A stretch of 60,077 bases of DNA from Phoronis australis. Lineage: Eukaryota > Animalia > Phoronida. Location of the stretch: the NCBI GenBank assembly GCA_002633005.1, contig NMRA01001072.1:1-60077 (forward strand), given 5' to 3'. Positions 38,431 to 52,039 of the stretch are shown here, one piece after another; position 1 is the stretch's first letter, and each line of letters starts with the position of its first letter. The translations under genes were made by a program, and so were the position numbers. The notes under the pieces are model-generated. The model saw only the letters and a list, made by a program, of their open reading frames with translations. It made no database searches and had not been told where the DNA came from.

Positions 38431-41251
38431 TGTCATTTAAATGCTTTACACTACAATATTTAATATCGTTTTATTGATCGATGCTACTGTCAGATGTAAT
38501 TCTGATTTTGCTCGTGGTGTTTCATGAGTAATTACATGTAGGTTATTTTCTATTTTTGTTAGCGAGGGGTCCAAGTTGCAGTCCCCAGCCCTGAATTGCA
38601 ATACTGACACAGTTTTGTTGTGAGGCTAGATTTTTTTTGCTTTGTTTTGTAGTACATATACTGTACGTAGTGAAAATGATCGTACCGTGAAATAGGACAT
38701 CCTTTGCAACCAACGATTTTGTCACACCTCCTGTAACGCACCATCAAAATAAAACATTGAATACGGTAAACCATTTTCTTCCATGAACTTAGACAAGTAC
38801 ATTAGATCAAATTAGAACCCCGAGCTCGAATTAAAATTATTTCTGAGCAACTAGTTAACAGAAATTATCGTAGAAACGATGGAGACGGTGATAATCTGTA
38901 CATTAGCTAAGCACATTATAAATATATTACGAATATACTTGTTTGTAGTCCATCTTATTACATTACAAAACACACATATGTTGAAGTCATGACGGAGTGA
39001 TACGTATACAATTAATTATACAATTTGTATAAAGACAAGTTAAGATAATCAATGATTACAGTGTTGTCGTCATTCGCCTAGTCAGGAGAACCAATCATTA
39101 AAAGTTTGTATTTATCAATATGCTCTTAATTTTGCCCTTCATATCGTCGACATCCTCTAGAGTCCGCAACAACAAATAACGCACACGACCACTGATGTTT
39201 GAAACAATTACAATTCGACCGATGTAGGCAGATCCATTGCGGCAAAAGCGAGAAAAATTCTGAAAACTGTGGGTTCACTTTTCAGAGTTTATATTTATCC
39301 TGACTTTAATCTATTCAGAATAAATTCCCCTTATAGGACATATCTTAAAAGTCCCGAAAAAGTCGCAATACATGTAGGTTGATAGGGATTTGAATTTTGA
39401 CCCACGGACTTAACGGTGAGGCTCAAATGACATATTTTCAAATAGACAAAAATATAAAAAACAAAATATGTACCTGTACATGAAGGTCTACTGTTCTATG
39501 ACATATTCTTCCACGAGTTTAACGAATTAGTTACAATCGTAGTTCACGACGTGAAAGCTGGAAGAGTGCTCTTTATCCGGCACGTACTTTCCACTAACTA
39601 TTGTCAAATGGAAGAATATATTGTTAAAAGATACTCACGACTCTTCTAATGATAACCTGTCATATGACTGTCACCATCCTCGTTAAAGAATAACTATGAG
39701 TGCAAACACCCTCCAGCTGTTTTTTCGCTGAATTTTGCAACTCGAACAATTGAAAATATCTTGTCGGAAAACAATTCCGCGAAAAAATCCCCTAACCAAG
39801 TGACGTGTTGAACCTAACTGCATATAATGTTATCGATGTTGTGGCAAAAATTGTATCACTCTGTGTTCAATTTCTTAAGATGAAATAATCAGTAAAAAAT
39901 TCAATGTAAATTTCAAAAAAGAAGTGTTTCTTATGCTGATTACGTTGTCAGTTATTAGTTTTCCGTAATATAAAAACTTTAATGTAATACCCATTCCGTG
40001 TGGGTTTCCATTACTGCGTGATTAGAGTTTGCTCCTTGATCACGGAATACGTGCCTTATATCTACATGTATATGTTAGCCTCTAAACGTCACGTGACCCC
40101 ATCATGCATGTCGCTAGTGTTACTTCTTCGGAGGCATGAAACGAATTCGAGATTTTGCTTTTAAACATTCATACAAAACGGGTCCTTTAAAAAGACGACT
40201 TTGCTGTTAAGTAGAATGAGAATGTGGCCTCTTTTAACCTTCATGTAAAACGAAATGTTGAATGAGGTAAATCGGCTTAAAGTTTCTGTTACAGAATAAA
40301 AATTGGAATCAATGTCGAAACACACCATTCTGAACACCTGCGCGTAAAAGGAGTCAAACGAATGTCAACAAATTCAAATTGCACCCACTTTTTTAAGATT
40401 GGATGTGGTGTCTTTAATTGGTGGCTTGTGATGAGGAAATGCCCCTTTAAATATATTCAAGACAGGCGAATGTATCAATTTATCGCGTGTACACGTGAAG
40501 ACTGGCCGGCAAAGCTCTTTTCAAACGCAACGCTTCGCCTGGCCAGACCATTGCCTCGTCGTTTCAAGTTTCAGTAGCCTACATGATTGGATTTGCGTTG
40601 AAATTGGAACTCCATGATTAATTAATTTTCTGTACAGAAATCTTGACAAGAAGGATGACAAAAATTGGTTTTGAATAGATCTGCTAACGAGTACGAACCG
40701 GATGGCTACAAAATGTTCAGCTTTATAATCGCAGCTTTGGTACACTTGGGCTTGGCTTCAACTTTGTTGTCTCTTACATCATATTTTGTGTCAAAATGAG
40801 TTTCAAGATAGTTAAATTTCGTCCTATTTAGCTTTTTAAAAAGAAAAATGAATTGAATTGTTTTCTTTCGTGAAATTGGTCACAACATGCGAGATATTTA
40901 ATTGCGAATATAAAGGGCACGATGACTAATAGCGATAGCCCGTCTTAGCTACAACCAGTCTAAAGGACTTTGATAAAAGTGTCAATAATTTTAATGAACA
41001 TATCACGTATTTGCTCTGAGAATTACTGGTTGTACTATTGGCACTATCAAACAAAGTACAATGGCAACGCAACCTTCATAAAAAGGTGATCCATTCCAAC
41101 CAAGGGTGATATATTACCCGGCAATCAAAGAGTAGATTTGGAAAATTCATGAGCAAATGTGTTATTTCAACTTTTCCATAATGAGTAATTAAGATTCACG
41201 GCGAAATTAATAATTGTGAAGCTTGTTGTAACTTGTTCATTCTTTATGCAG

Positions 41252-41350
41252 GTACAATGTACAGCACTACACAAGGCAGCAGAGTGGGGCAAAACGGAGG
41301 TGGTGAGGTTGCTGCTGGAGAGTGGTTTCCATGTGGACGTGCCAGACTTG
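41252..41350 (+). CDS. Ankyrin repeat exon (VQCTALHKAAEWGKTEVVRLLLESGFHVDVPDL)
   Basis: TTTATGCAG acceptor, exactly 99 nt, G|GTAATA donor. It fits the canonical T-A/P-LH-x-AA-x-x-G-x-x-EVV-x-LLL-x-x-G-x-x-VD consensus. Confidence 0.9.
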
Positions 41351-42905
41351 GTAATAGAAACTACTTGGGAAGATTTAGGAATTAAGACAAACATATCTTT
41401 GTTACAAAAGTTGTAAGCTATCTGATGTTTAACAAAATATGTTTTGTAAAGACACATTTTATTGCTGGTGATTTCAACATGCATTTCTCAATCTATACCC
41501 AGTGCTCGTGTCTTAAGAGCACGTCCACGAATGGACTAGGCAAAAAGTGATAAAGGCTATGTCACGGATTTCATCGATTGTTTGCATGACGGTAGGGGTT
41601 GATGCCCCAACCTTCATACCAACATTGATTTTTTTTGCGTGCGCCATCTTGTGGTTGCTATGGGAACGTGTTGTTTTTCTGCCAATTCCAAGCCTCGTTA
41701 CAGCTACATTTTGGCCCTTTTTGCGAACTTACCTTGAGAACAATAGTGCAAAATGAAACACTTCAAGTTTATCACTGAATTGGGGTGTCTTTCAACTTGT
41801 CAGTCATAGAAAATGTCACGGTTTGAGTTACATCTTAGCCGTTTTTGAAGGCTACCAGTTTAGCTAGTTTGCAATGATTCCAAAATGTTAAAAATTGCCC
41901 TACTTCGTGCCTCAATATCGCAGCTGAAGCTAAATTTAAAACAACAAAACTACAACCAGAGTTTAGATTGACCTTAGCTCCACAAAATAAAACCATAAAA
42001 ATTCCAGGCAATTACACTTCTTCATACCGCATCGGGCTCTAGAAGTGGGGCACCTCACCAAAATTGTGCAACTGGCCAATGTGTGCATAGTAACAAATGC
42101 ATGCGAGGATTCAAAATACAGTTTTGAAATATTAAATTAGGCGATCGAACATATCAAGAGAGCTTTAATTTTGTTACTTTACAGAAAATAATGAGAAGCA
42201 CAACAAGGCACGTTGGTTTCCTTTGACCCTGACGATAATGCTGCCAATAGCATGTGCATATATAGTCACCGTTTCAAAATGCATTATGGTTGAGTAAAAA
42301 ATTTATAAAGTAAGTCCAGTCATACAAAACTGCGGACTAGAATTCTGAAATTTTAATGGGTGGGTCTGACTGAAATTTAGTTTTATAGTGTTCTCGAAGT
42401 CGGTTGATCGTGTTCCCGGCCGTCGCAACTCAAGTCAACGAATTTTATAAAAAAACAATAATAGGTGTATTGGGCCGGATGGAGACAACTGCATCTCCAT
42501 ACAGTGTATATCACTAAACCTGAGCAAATCAGACAACAATTGAAAGTAGTCATAAAAAAGAGATACATTGAAATGGTATGGGATAGATCCTGTGAAATGA
42601 GGTTAGAAAAACTGATGTTATAAGAATAGGCGACTACCGGTGAAATTGGCGTTGTTGAATAACTTCTCTTAGGCTTCTCATTCAGGAAAGTCCCCGAACA
42701 GCACACGCCCAGATGTGCATATGGATGTCTGAATATTCTCCCACTATGGATACCAATGTTTTTTAGTTTTCACCGACAACGCATAGAATGATGTATTTGC
42801 GGAAGGTTCGTAGACATTTTCATAAAAAACACAGGAAACCGATTATTTCACACGCAAGATAGCAGAAAAATCAGTTCAGATGTTTTTTTGCATCTATTAC
42901 AGTTT

Positions 42906-43203
42906 CAATAGCGGATTCCGGGAGGGGGCCAAGGGGGCCATGCCCCCTTAAATTCTCCCAGATACCATTTGTCAGTTCGGAGTGCGAATTGCTGACAAGC
43001 ATATGCGCGCACCCAGGGGGCTCCGGGGGCGAATGTACAATGCATTGACCTTGAACAAACCAGTTTACCGGATTTTTATAGTAATAAGGTACACAAACCC
43101 AAAAAATGTGAGACCCCTGCATCCCTACATTTTAGGGTGGGCGCGCGGATGTGGCGAAATTCTGTGCCCTGCCCCCTAACTCAAAATCCTGGATTTGCCC
43201 GAG
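42906..43203. mobile_element. GC-rich MITE nested in the Sola3-type element
   Basis: GCGGATTCCGG ... CCTGGATTTGCCC inverted ends. Related to 15408-15586. Confidence 0.55.
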
Positions 43204-44774
43204 TTTAGTATGGGTATGCAATGGGGTTTGGTGCTTACCATCAGTCAGACTCCAAGAATTCAGAAGTCTCGATACTAATACATGTAGTGTCAGCTACTTC
43301 ATTGAAAAATCATAAGACAATGCATGTGCAGCAAAACGAAAATAAAATACACAAAGTTATCATTCCGACTGCATTAAGGTGAACTTGTGTAATCTTGCAA
43401 AAAGATTTTGGAACAAAGTTGGGCAATATTTAAAAACTGTCCGGATTTAAATTATTTTTACTATGTTAGACATAAAGATGCAGCAGAACAGGTTATGCTG
43501 TACTTATGTAGCAAAACGATAAGATAGCCAAACATTAAACAAAAAAACAAAGTAGTTTAGAGAATAGTAATACTATATTGACGCTGATATAGGACACAGG
43601 CAAATTACACGCCATAAATCAAGTAAATAGAAAAGAACAAATGTGGTCACATTTACAAAATGCGAGCAAATTAGGTGTACAATGAGACATTTTTAGTCAG
43701 CACAGATGACACGTCACAAAATGGAAATAGCTGTCTGACTACTTTTGACATACTGTATTTCAAATATCTTTGAGTCTTGTATACAAAATACATGAACAAT
43801 GTGCTACTGCGGCAATTCCATTGACTCAACAATCTTTTGTCACATTTCAAATCGACGGTCATCCTCAGCGATTCTTTTCATTCCAAAGGCATCAAACTGT
43901 GCGAGTTTCCCAGAATGATTGAGTGCTGCTAAACGGGAAAATATTTAATCTCCCGAGGTGAGAGACATTCTTCAAAACATCACTATGACCAGGAGCAATA
44001 CATTCATGGGTTACAGATAATGCTTTGCTGGCTTTTTGTTTGTAATATCGCTAGGACCTTTCAGAAAATTCATCGATGTCAGTTAGAAGCTGGTCCTAAC
44101 AGGGTTGACTCTTATATCAGATGATGCAGTGAGAAACTGATTCGACTAATGGGTCTTTGGCAAAGGCGTGGGCAGCCACAATGATGGTTGGCCCCCCTCG
44201 TTGCCTGTAAATATTACAATTATATGCAACTTAATCCGTAAACACAAGAATTATATTTTCCATAAATAGCCTTTCCCCAAAGTATTTATTATCACCATTC
44301 AAAATAGTTTGGAAAGATGGCCACTCACATATGCATACAACCCTCCTTGTGTGCAAGCAGCACTCAAAACAAAAGGTGTCGTCAATTAATCAAAATGTAA
44401 ATTAACTACTAAAACCTGGAAAACCATCAATTTTGATATATAGCATTGCCACGGCTTCGAAATGCCATAAAGTTAAGACAAGATCCAACACTCTTCATGC
44501 CACGATGCTGATTGAGAAAATTTTATGTTTTAGTATATGATTTTCAGGCTAAAAGGAATACAATTGCATCCTCAATATTTTTAGCTAAATGCACCTTTCA
44601 AAATTTGCCTCAGTTGTCACTAAAGCAACCCGGAGCAACTATAAAAATCCTGTTATGACCTATTTGGAGTGCCTAAGCTTTCATTACAAGCAGTCTTCCC
44701 TCTCAGAGGAATTTTCAAAGGTTGACACTTGTGGTGAAATAACTGGCACAGAACTAAACAGATTGTGCACTAAT

Positions 44775-45057
44775 GAACATAGCTCCTCAAACATAGTTCA
44801 AAGTCTGTTAACGCTATCCATTGACTCACAGGTTCTGGGCTAAACTCGCAAAACATAACTTGTGCACCCAAAAATCGCAGTGCGTGAAGCCAAAGCCACT
44901 TTGTCTGAGAGACATGGTTGACAAGACAGTAAATACAGCATACATGCAAAGTGTTTTGTCTGCAAATACAAGGACAGTCACCAGTTTTTAAGTCAATGCG
45001 CAGCTTACAAGCCCAACAGCCCTGTTTATATTTGAGGCACTTTGCAAACCTTGTAGT
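44775..45057 (-). pseudogene. Degenerate Cys-rich/PHD-finger-like coding relic inside the Sola3-type element
   Basis: The minus strand reads KCLKYKQGCWAC..DCPCIC..CCIYC..TKWL-(fs)-GFTHCDFWVHKLC, with a broken YVxELC near 44780. The spacing fits PHD C4HC3. Confidence 0.45.
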
Positions 45058-47569
45058 TACATACTCCTGTAACTATGGACAACTTGTGCAGTAAAACTTC
45101 AGAGAGGCAAAATTCGCTGAATGCACGGCATTTTCATTTGTCTACGAGGTTTATAACCGACCACAATACAACTGAAATAAAAATCTACAACAACTACTGT
45201 TTTGCGATCATTAAATGTTGATGCACTTAATCCGGAACCAAGAATCTCAGAAAAAGGTTTTGTGCAACAACTCTCCAATTCATTAAATTACTACTTACTA
45301 GTACTCTTTCTGTAGTAAGCTCAACAACAGTGGCTAACTTCTTTGGTAAACGCTTACAATTTCTGCATAGACCTGCAATTGAATTTTATGGAAAGTTGGC
45401 ACAACAGAAATCCCAATAGAATGCTGTATTTTGATTCCCCAAATGTTTTCCCCAGTCTTATTCTTGAGGTTGAATGATTCAGGTATTAGGGACCTTAACA
45501 GTGTTAAAATTTTAGCCATGTTAATTAAATTAGGTCCCATTGTAATGGGGTTCCACTGCATACTTGGAAAATTATGTATCTCTGGTTATACAGATAGAGA
45601 AATGTGACCAATCAGAAGTGACTACAGGTGAATTAGATGAGAAATTGGTGTCAGCTAGGAGACAAGGGCTCGATTAAATCTTTTGATTATGGACACCAAA
45701 TTTCCACTTCTTACACATGCATATTCATAAAATGGAATGTATTTCGACAAACCTTAAATATTTAGATAAAAAGAATGTTTTACTAATACAAGTCAGTACT
45801 GGAAGAAGTTACTAAAATTACTCTAGTACTCGAGTGTCTTTACTCCATGTAGGGTTGTGCCCTTCATGGCGACTGCAGTCAGAATCTAGTTGAGAAAGCA
45901 AATATAATAAAGTCATTATCAACAGGTATAGAGTATTGATGACCTGCAGCTGCATAACAACTTACCTGACCCAACTGGAATCGATATATTCTGTTCTTCC
46001 AGAAATTCTTTGTTGACTGTATTTCCATTTACATTCCAAACTCAAGCTTGGCTTTCGGCTTAGCCTTAGAGCCCTTCTGATGTTGAAGGTGGGCACATAT
46101 CTTACTTTTACTTGGCCTCCATCTGATTCCATGCTGAGATCGACGATTTCCACAAACTGGGGGGTGGGGGGCAAATTGCTGAAAACAAGCCCATTCTGAC
46201 CCTGGCAAGAATCAGCTGCCACTTTCAGTTTCAGCACTGTCACTGAACGGGACTGGGTCGGTGACTTTAACATATTTCAAATGGCTTGCTATGGACTTGC
46301 TGCAATCAGTTAGTGCTTCAATTGCTTGCTGCATGGTTTCGATATTCCTTTGAAGCTCCATTAACCAGATTTGAAGAATTATGCCAACGAACACACTATA
46401 TTAACTACTTCCACCGCCTCATCAGCCATTTTTCTTCAGTGATATCAGAGACACCTGAAGGGCTCTTCATCAAAATGGTAATTCACAGTAAGAAAACAAA
46501 ACAAAAAATACTAATTTTATCGAATTTTATTTGCTAAGAAATAAGCCCAATAATGTAACAACCATTTGAGCACTTTTAAATCTCAAAATTCAACATTTTC
46601 GATGACTAGTAGCTATTGTCACAAGTGCTCACTTTGGCTGAGGTGGCTGCGAACAATTGCTCATTACTATATGAAGACATGTGTTGGCTGGTGGTTTTGA
46701 TGCCAAATATCTATTCTACTAAGATAGATCAAACCCACAATTAAGTTTCAAAGTGTAAAATTTGGCTTCAGCTGAGATTGACTCATTCAAACCTGGGCAA
46801 GTTATCCATGTTTTCTGCTTGTATGACCCCATAACCCTTCAAACCCGAAATGTGGAATTTAAGGTGTAACTTGACACTTTTATTTTTCATTTTTACGAAG
46901 ACCATGGGTGACTTAATACAAAACAGTAGCTGTTTCGTTTTCTAGTAGCTTCTGTAATTACTTACAATGTCACAAAAACTGTGGTTATTGGGGTAAGTTC
47001 TGAAAGTGGTTTTCATTGAATACTGAGGTACCCGACTTTTAAGCTACCTAACGCGATAGAATTTGTTTAAAGTGCATTTTAGTAATTATCATAAGAAAGT
47101 AAACAAAAATGCATAATATGATCCAAATCCGTCACATAGGGTTTATCACCCCTGTATGGATTTTTGCCTGGTCTGAAACGTAATTCACTCTTAAGAAACA
47201 GTGAGGTTTGAATCACGTCAACAACGTAATTGTCAGCTTCACCTTCATTCATTTTGTCCATTCAACATTACAACTTTATATTAAATAAGAAGCCAGTAAA
47301 GATGTTTATAGACACAACATGGAGGTTTCGCTGAGAAGTTATGGAGGCGCTGAGTAATTTCTTGCAATGACGTCCACAGCATGTTCTGTTGTTACTGCAA
47401 CGTTTTTTAAAATCACCTGTAACAATTGATAACAATTATTGTAGTGTCTTAGGGGAGTCAGTAATGTTTTATTTATGTCACCTTACAAGTTCACTTTCCG
47501 TGTATGTTAATTAGCTCTCAACGTTGATCGTCCATTCACACATCTTCATTATACATGTGTATTACATAG

Positions 47570-47668
47570 GGTGGCTGCACACCGCTGCTCGGTGCAGCAT
47601 GGGAGGGTCATACACAGACTGTGGAGGTGTTGTTGGCCAACAAGGCCAGTGTAGATGTACCTGATGTG
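47570..47668 (+). pseudogene. Ankyrin pseudo-exon (GGCTPLLGAAWEGHTQTVEVLLANKASVDVPDV) with dead donor
   Basis: The TAG acceptor and 99-nt frame are intact, but the donor reads CTAAGT instead of GTAAGT and TPLH has become TPLL. Confidence 0.8.
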
Positions 47669-48071
47669 CTAAGTAATGACACACAGGTTGTTTGGTTGAA
47701 CTAGTTGTTTACACAAAGGATTGTATAAATCTTTGAATGACATTTCGTTGATATTTTTCACAATTTCATGTTTTTAAACAACGTCAGTTTAAGTGTCTAT
47801 AATCTATGGTGTCGTCTGCTTTCCGTAGAAGAGTCCTGAAAGACGGGAATCGCTGAACTGGCTTGTAGTGTGTTCTAAAACTATGAAATCATTACAAGTA
47901 TTGTACCATCGTTTTAAAGTCACCTGTAAAAATCATCAGGAGTATCTGAACATCTTAGAGGAGTCAGTAATATTTCATTTATGTCACTTTACAAGTTCAC
48001 ATTCCCCCGTGTATGTTAATTAGCTCTAAACGTTGATTGTCATTCACACATCTCCATTATATATTACATAG

Positions 48072-48082
48072 TATGGCGCTAA
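48072..48082 (+). pseudogene. Truncated ankyrin exon stub (YGA..) in the middle unit of the triplication
   Basis: A full copy of the acceptor region is followed by TATGGCGCTA, then jumps to downstream-intron sequence (TGTCGTCTGCT). Confidence 0.55.
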
Positions 48083-48311
48083 ACAATGTCAAATTAAATG
48101 TCGTCTGCTCTACATGCTTGAGCATTCAAAGACTGGAAACAATGAACACGCTGTGTTGTTTGTTCTAAAACTATGACACCATTACAAGTATTATAGCGTC
48201 TTAGAAGGGTCAGTAATGATTCATTTAATAGTCACTTTGCAAGTTCACTTTTCCCCGTGGATGTTAATTTGCTCATCGTCCATTCACACATCTCCATTAT
48301 ATATTACATAG

Positions 48312-48410
48312 GAGGGTCAGACACCGCTGCACTTGGCATCACGGGAGGGTCATACAGCCGTCGTACAGTGTCTCATCCAACAGGGGGCCAACGTGAATGT
48401 CCGTGATGAG
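48312..48410 (+). CDS. Ankyrin repeat exon (EGQTPLHLASREGHTAVVQCLIQQGANVNVRDE)
   Basis: TAG acceptor, 99 nt, GAG|GTAATT donor. A near-consensus ankyrin repeat. Confidence 0.92.
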
Positions 48411-48927
48411 GTAATTAATGACAAACTGGTCGTTTGGTTGAACGAGTGGTTATACAACGAAGATGAACATACAACGCGTGGCTAGACTGAATTATTCGAT
48501 GATTTAATCAATTAAACACCAGTATGTGATTTTGTTGTAAACGTTGACATTTCTTGTTGCACTCCACCGCGCATGACGTGACATGCACGTGACCTTAAAT
48601 AATTAAAACTGGAGTTGTACAATGGGTTGGTTTTTACTTGCATTTCCATAGCGCTAACTACACGAAATGAATGTCTCTCTTTGGTAATATATAACACCGA
48701 GTTGTTATATTTAGAGTCATCGTTTCAATCACGTGACTATACCAAATCAGACCGGCATTGAAGGGATTTCGCTCGAGTTTAAATGTCCAGTGTACATGTA
48801 GTCGCGGTCTGTTGAGTCAACCACTTCATAAGTATGCAGCTGATTGTGGAGTTTTGAACTGGAAATATAAAACGTAACCCACTGTTGATCCACCCGGAAT
48901 TACTTCATTTTTGTTCTCTTACTGCAG

Positions 48928-49050
48928 GATGGAAACACCCTACACAGGCCATAATTTGCTAGAATATTTATTGTGGGAAGTAAACATTTACCCTATGACA
49001 AAATTATGGACATCCCTCGAAACAATGATTCAAAGACTAAATATGTCTGA
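48928..49050 (+). pseudogene. Degenerate ankyrin-like exon (DGNT-LH...stop)
   Basis: A strong acceptor TTTTTGTTCTCTTACTGCAG is followed by GAT GGA AAC ACC CTA CAC (DGNT[P]LH with a codon missing) and then TAA. The 3' end is uncertain. Confidence 0.45.
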
Positions 49051-52039
49051 TGGTAAAAGTTGTTGGGAAAATATCAGATGTGGACTGCATAATAAACGGT
49101 TTATCATGGCGTTGACCGGAATGGAACTGTTTGTCACATTTTAATGCCACTGTGTGTGACGTAGATGTGAACTGTATAGAAATATGCCAAATTTGTCCAC
49201 TGAAAGAACAAATATAACAGTTCAGTGTCTTTAAAACGTGAGTGTTGTGAAAGCTTTTGGGAATTCATTATTATACCAAATTTTCCCTTTTTACAGCAAA
49301 GGTAGTAACAGGTGTACACCAACTGTGTTTCAAATTTAATGCCACGAAGGCTTGCAGGTAGACATAGGCCTAATGTATTGAACGTGGTTTTGAGTAGAAA
49401 CACTCGCCTGGTGGCAAATTGGTTAAGTGCAAACCTTCCATGCTGAAATACAAAATAATTCTAACAGAAAATAGATGTCATCATCAGGGCCAACCATACT
49501 CGTGCTTTTTGGTTATTAACTATAAATTGGAATGTTTGATTATCTAAATTTTCCTCTATTCCTTCTCAATGGCTATACAACTTCCCTCACGGGCGCCGAA
49601 TCAAGGGTGGCTGTGGTGCTGTAGCTCCCACTTTTTCAAAGCTGCGCCACCCATGGTCTATTTGCGGTGCACCACAGGCTCTTTTGCCCCCACTTTTTTC
49701 AGTGCTGCGCCGCCATGTGAAAGTGTCGCATCTCATCGTCTTTTTAAGATTGAAATCGTTTGATCATAATCAAGTACTACACTATACGAGTTGTGAATTT
49801 TTGTCTCCAAAATGTTGATGCGACGGTTGACAATGGGATAAAAGTGACAAGACTAATTCACAATGCGTGGTCTAGCGGATCTTCACCACAAATGTAAAGA
49901 TTACGTAAACACTATAGTCTGGACCCACCCAATAAGTTTGGCTCACCCCTCACACGACAATCTTATTTGGGGTACCAAGACATTATTCAAGACGCAGCGC
50001 GTCAAAAACAGCGTGTGCACTATACAAAACACAAAAATCTAAACTAATGAACAAAAGATTTCTTATTTTCGAAAAGGATGAGACAAAGTCATAATTCAAA
50101 AAAAAATTATGTTTAAACGGAAAATGAATCGTAGTGATTTTGACGAGTTTGCTGGAGCTTCAACAATACTGCGAGAAGTGCAGTTTGGGGGTTTCAAGTC
50201 TTGAGATTTTGAGTTCTTGAACATAAGACTTCCCATCATATTTACAATGAATGTATTCTGTGGAGAAGGTGGAAGTTGTCAAACTCCTTTGGTAAGTATG
50301 TGAAACAGGCAATCGCCTTTTGAGTAATGTTTGTTATTAAATTATTTATTCGTGTTACACTTTATAACCTCAAGTGAATGACCTGATATAATGACAACCG
50401 TTTTATTGGTTATACGTTGTATTATAATTCAGTCAGTTTCTTCGGCAATGTGGTTGAGAACTAGAATCATATTTTTGATACCTTGGGTGAATTGTGTTTT
50501 CGCTGTGAGCACGTTGAAATCTCCAATCAAAACTATCAATCACTGTTTCGTCATATTCATTAGCAGTAAGTATCTTTGAGACTGTTATTTCGTGTCAATG
50601 CACAGTTACAGCCTAAGTCACGTAATACTGTCACGAGAGTTCAGGAGAGTGCCACTCTCCACGTGCACATCCCGATTCTCAGTGTTTTCCCTATCGAACG
50701 TACATTGAGTCGCACGCGTACATGTAGCTTCAAGAACAATTCTCACAAAGTGTCTTGTCAACATTACAGATGTTGAGATCACAACTTGAACACATGGTTT
50801 TGAAAACAATTTGCATCACTCATATGACATCAAAACGCAAACCTTTATACAATATGTGGAGCACTAATGTCGACCACCAACTGCATACACAAGGTTTCGT
50901 TCGTTTGAGCACCGCGACATCTTTGGTGAAGCAATGAACCCTGCAATGTTTCGATACCCCTATTCACACAGTTTGTCTTATACTTGTCTGAAAAATGAGT
51001 TTTAAATGTGTCCTGCTCAGCGCATAACCACGTTTCGCCGGCACTTTTACACAAGTGAAGTAGCTTGGCTAACATTAGTAAAAATACCACCGTTTCTTTA
51101 TTTACGTGGACTCAACATAAAATTATCCATTTTATGTTTTTATGGTTTACTTAAAGAACCAAAAACTAAATTTGTTGCAACTGCAGTAGCCACAAGTGCC
51201 TTGAACACGTTGTTCGGCAGCCTGGAAGTTGCACGAACGTGCCTGAGCAATAAAACGACAACTAGGGAAAATGGTAGGGACCTTATCTTGATGCATCGAA
51301 AATATGCTTGATTGGAAAATCGAAGATTTTTATTTGAAATATTCAAATCAGTTCAATAAATCCGATAATTCAGACTTTCATTTGGATTAAAAATAGCTAC
51401 ATGTATCTGTGTTCTGTCCAGAAATGTTGGAAAACTTTAGACTTTAATTTTAATTGAAAATTACTTAAAATGTATCAATTGCGAAACAAAAACGACTTTA
51501 AGATAGATGGCAATTGCTAGTACATCTGAAATGTTTGAGCAAATTTTATCTTTCACGAACGTATTGCTGTGCATGCGGAAGGGCCTAAACATTTGAATGT
51601 ACATATTATACGGAAACGGCAAAAGTCACTATGACGTGCAATTAGCTCACTTTTTATGGAAGAGGAACTTTGTGTGTTGCCAAAGATAATGAAACAGTTT
51701 GATAGGTGAAGGAGCAAGCAAGACATTGCACCTCGATTAAGAATATTGGATATTTGGGCTAACTAACTAAAGTAAGGGCACCGGTGTTTTCCTTGGAAAT
51801 TGTGGAGAGATGTAGAAATGCCGCGTCGCCGGAAGTTATATGAATAAATGATATAACGCTAAAAAAGACCGGCTACAGAAAAATCCCTTTTAGGGGAATT
51901 CAGTGAAACAAATCATTTTTAGGTTTTACATTTTGAATAACATTTCTACTTTACTTTAGTTTCGACAGCCCTAATTAGCAACAGAAACATGGCCTTTTCA
52001 CCTTTAATTCATTGAAGTTGACCTATTTTATTTTCCTTC

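Larger units (their letters stand above)
25808..38760 (+). repeat. Segmental duplication copy B, carries exon 2B
   Basis: Collinear with 9778-19273 once the copy-specific transposon insertions are removed. Confidence 0.9.
41517..47190 (-). mobile_element. Sola3-type DNA transposon (GAG...CTC termini, TTAA TSD), degenerate interior
   Basis: TTAA at 41513-16 and 47191-94, termini GAG/CTC, and a long imperfect TIR (GAC.AGGCAAAAA..GTGATAAA..CTATGT.ACGGATTT mirrored at 47120-47175). Minus-strand coding relics lie inside. Confidence 0.8.
47400..48470 (+). repeat. Local tandem triplication of an ankyrin exon cassette with its intron flanks
   Basis: CTTAG..GGTCAGTAAT..GTCAC..CAAGTTCAC..ATGTTAATT.GCTC..CATTCACACATCT.CATTATA..TTACATAG occurs three times, ending at 47569, 48071 and 48311. 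Confidence 0.9.

Noticed and set aside
50255-50297. VEVVKLL-like peptide before a GTAAGT donor
   Set aside because: There is no TPLH half or suitable acceptor, and the phase does not match the other cassettes.
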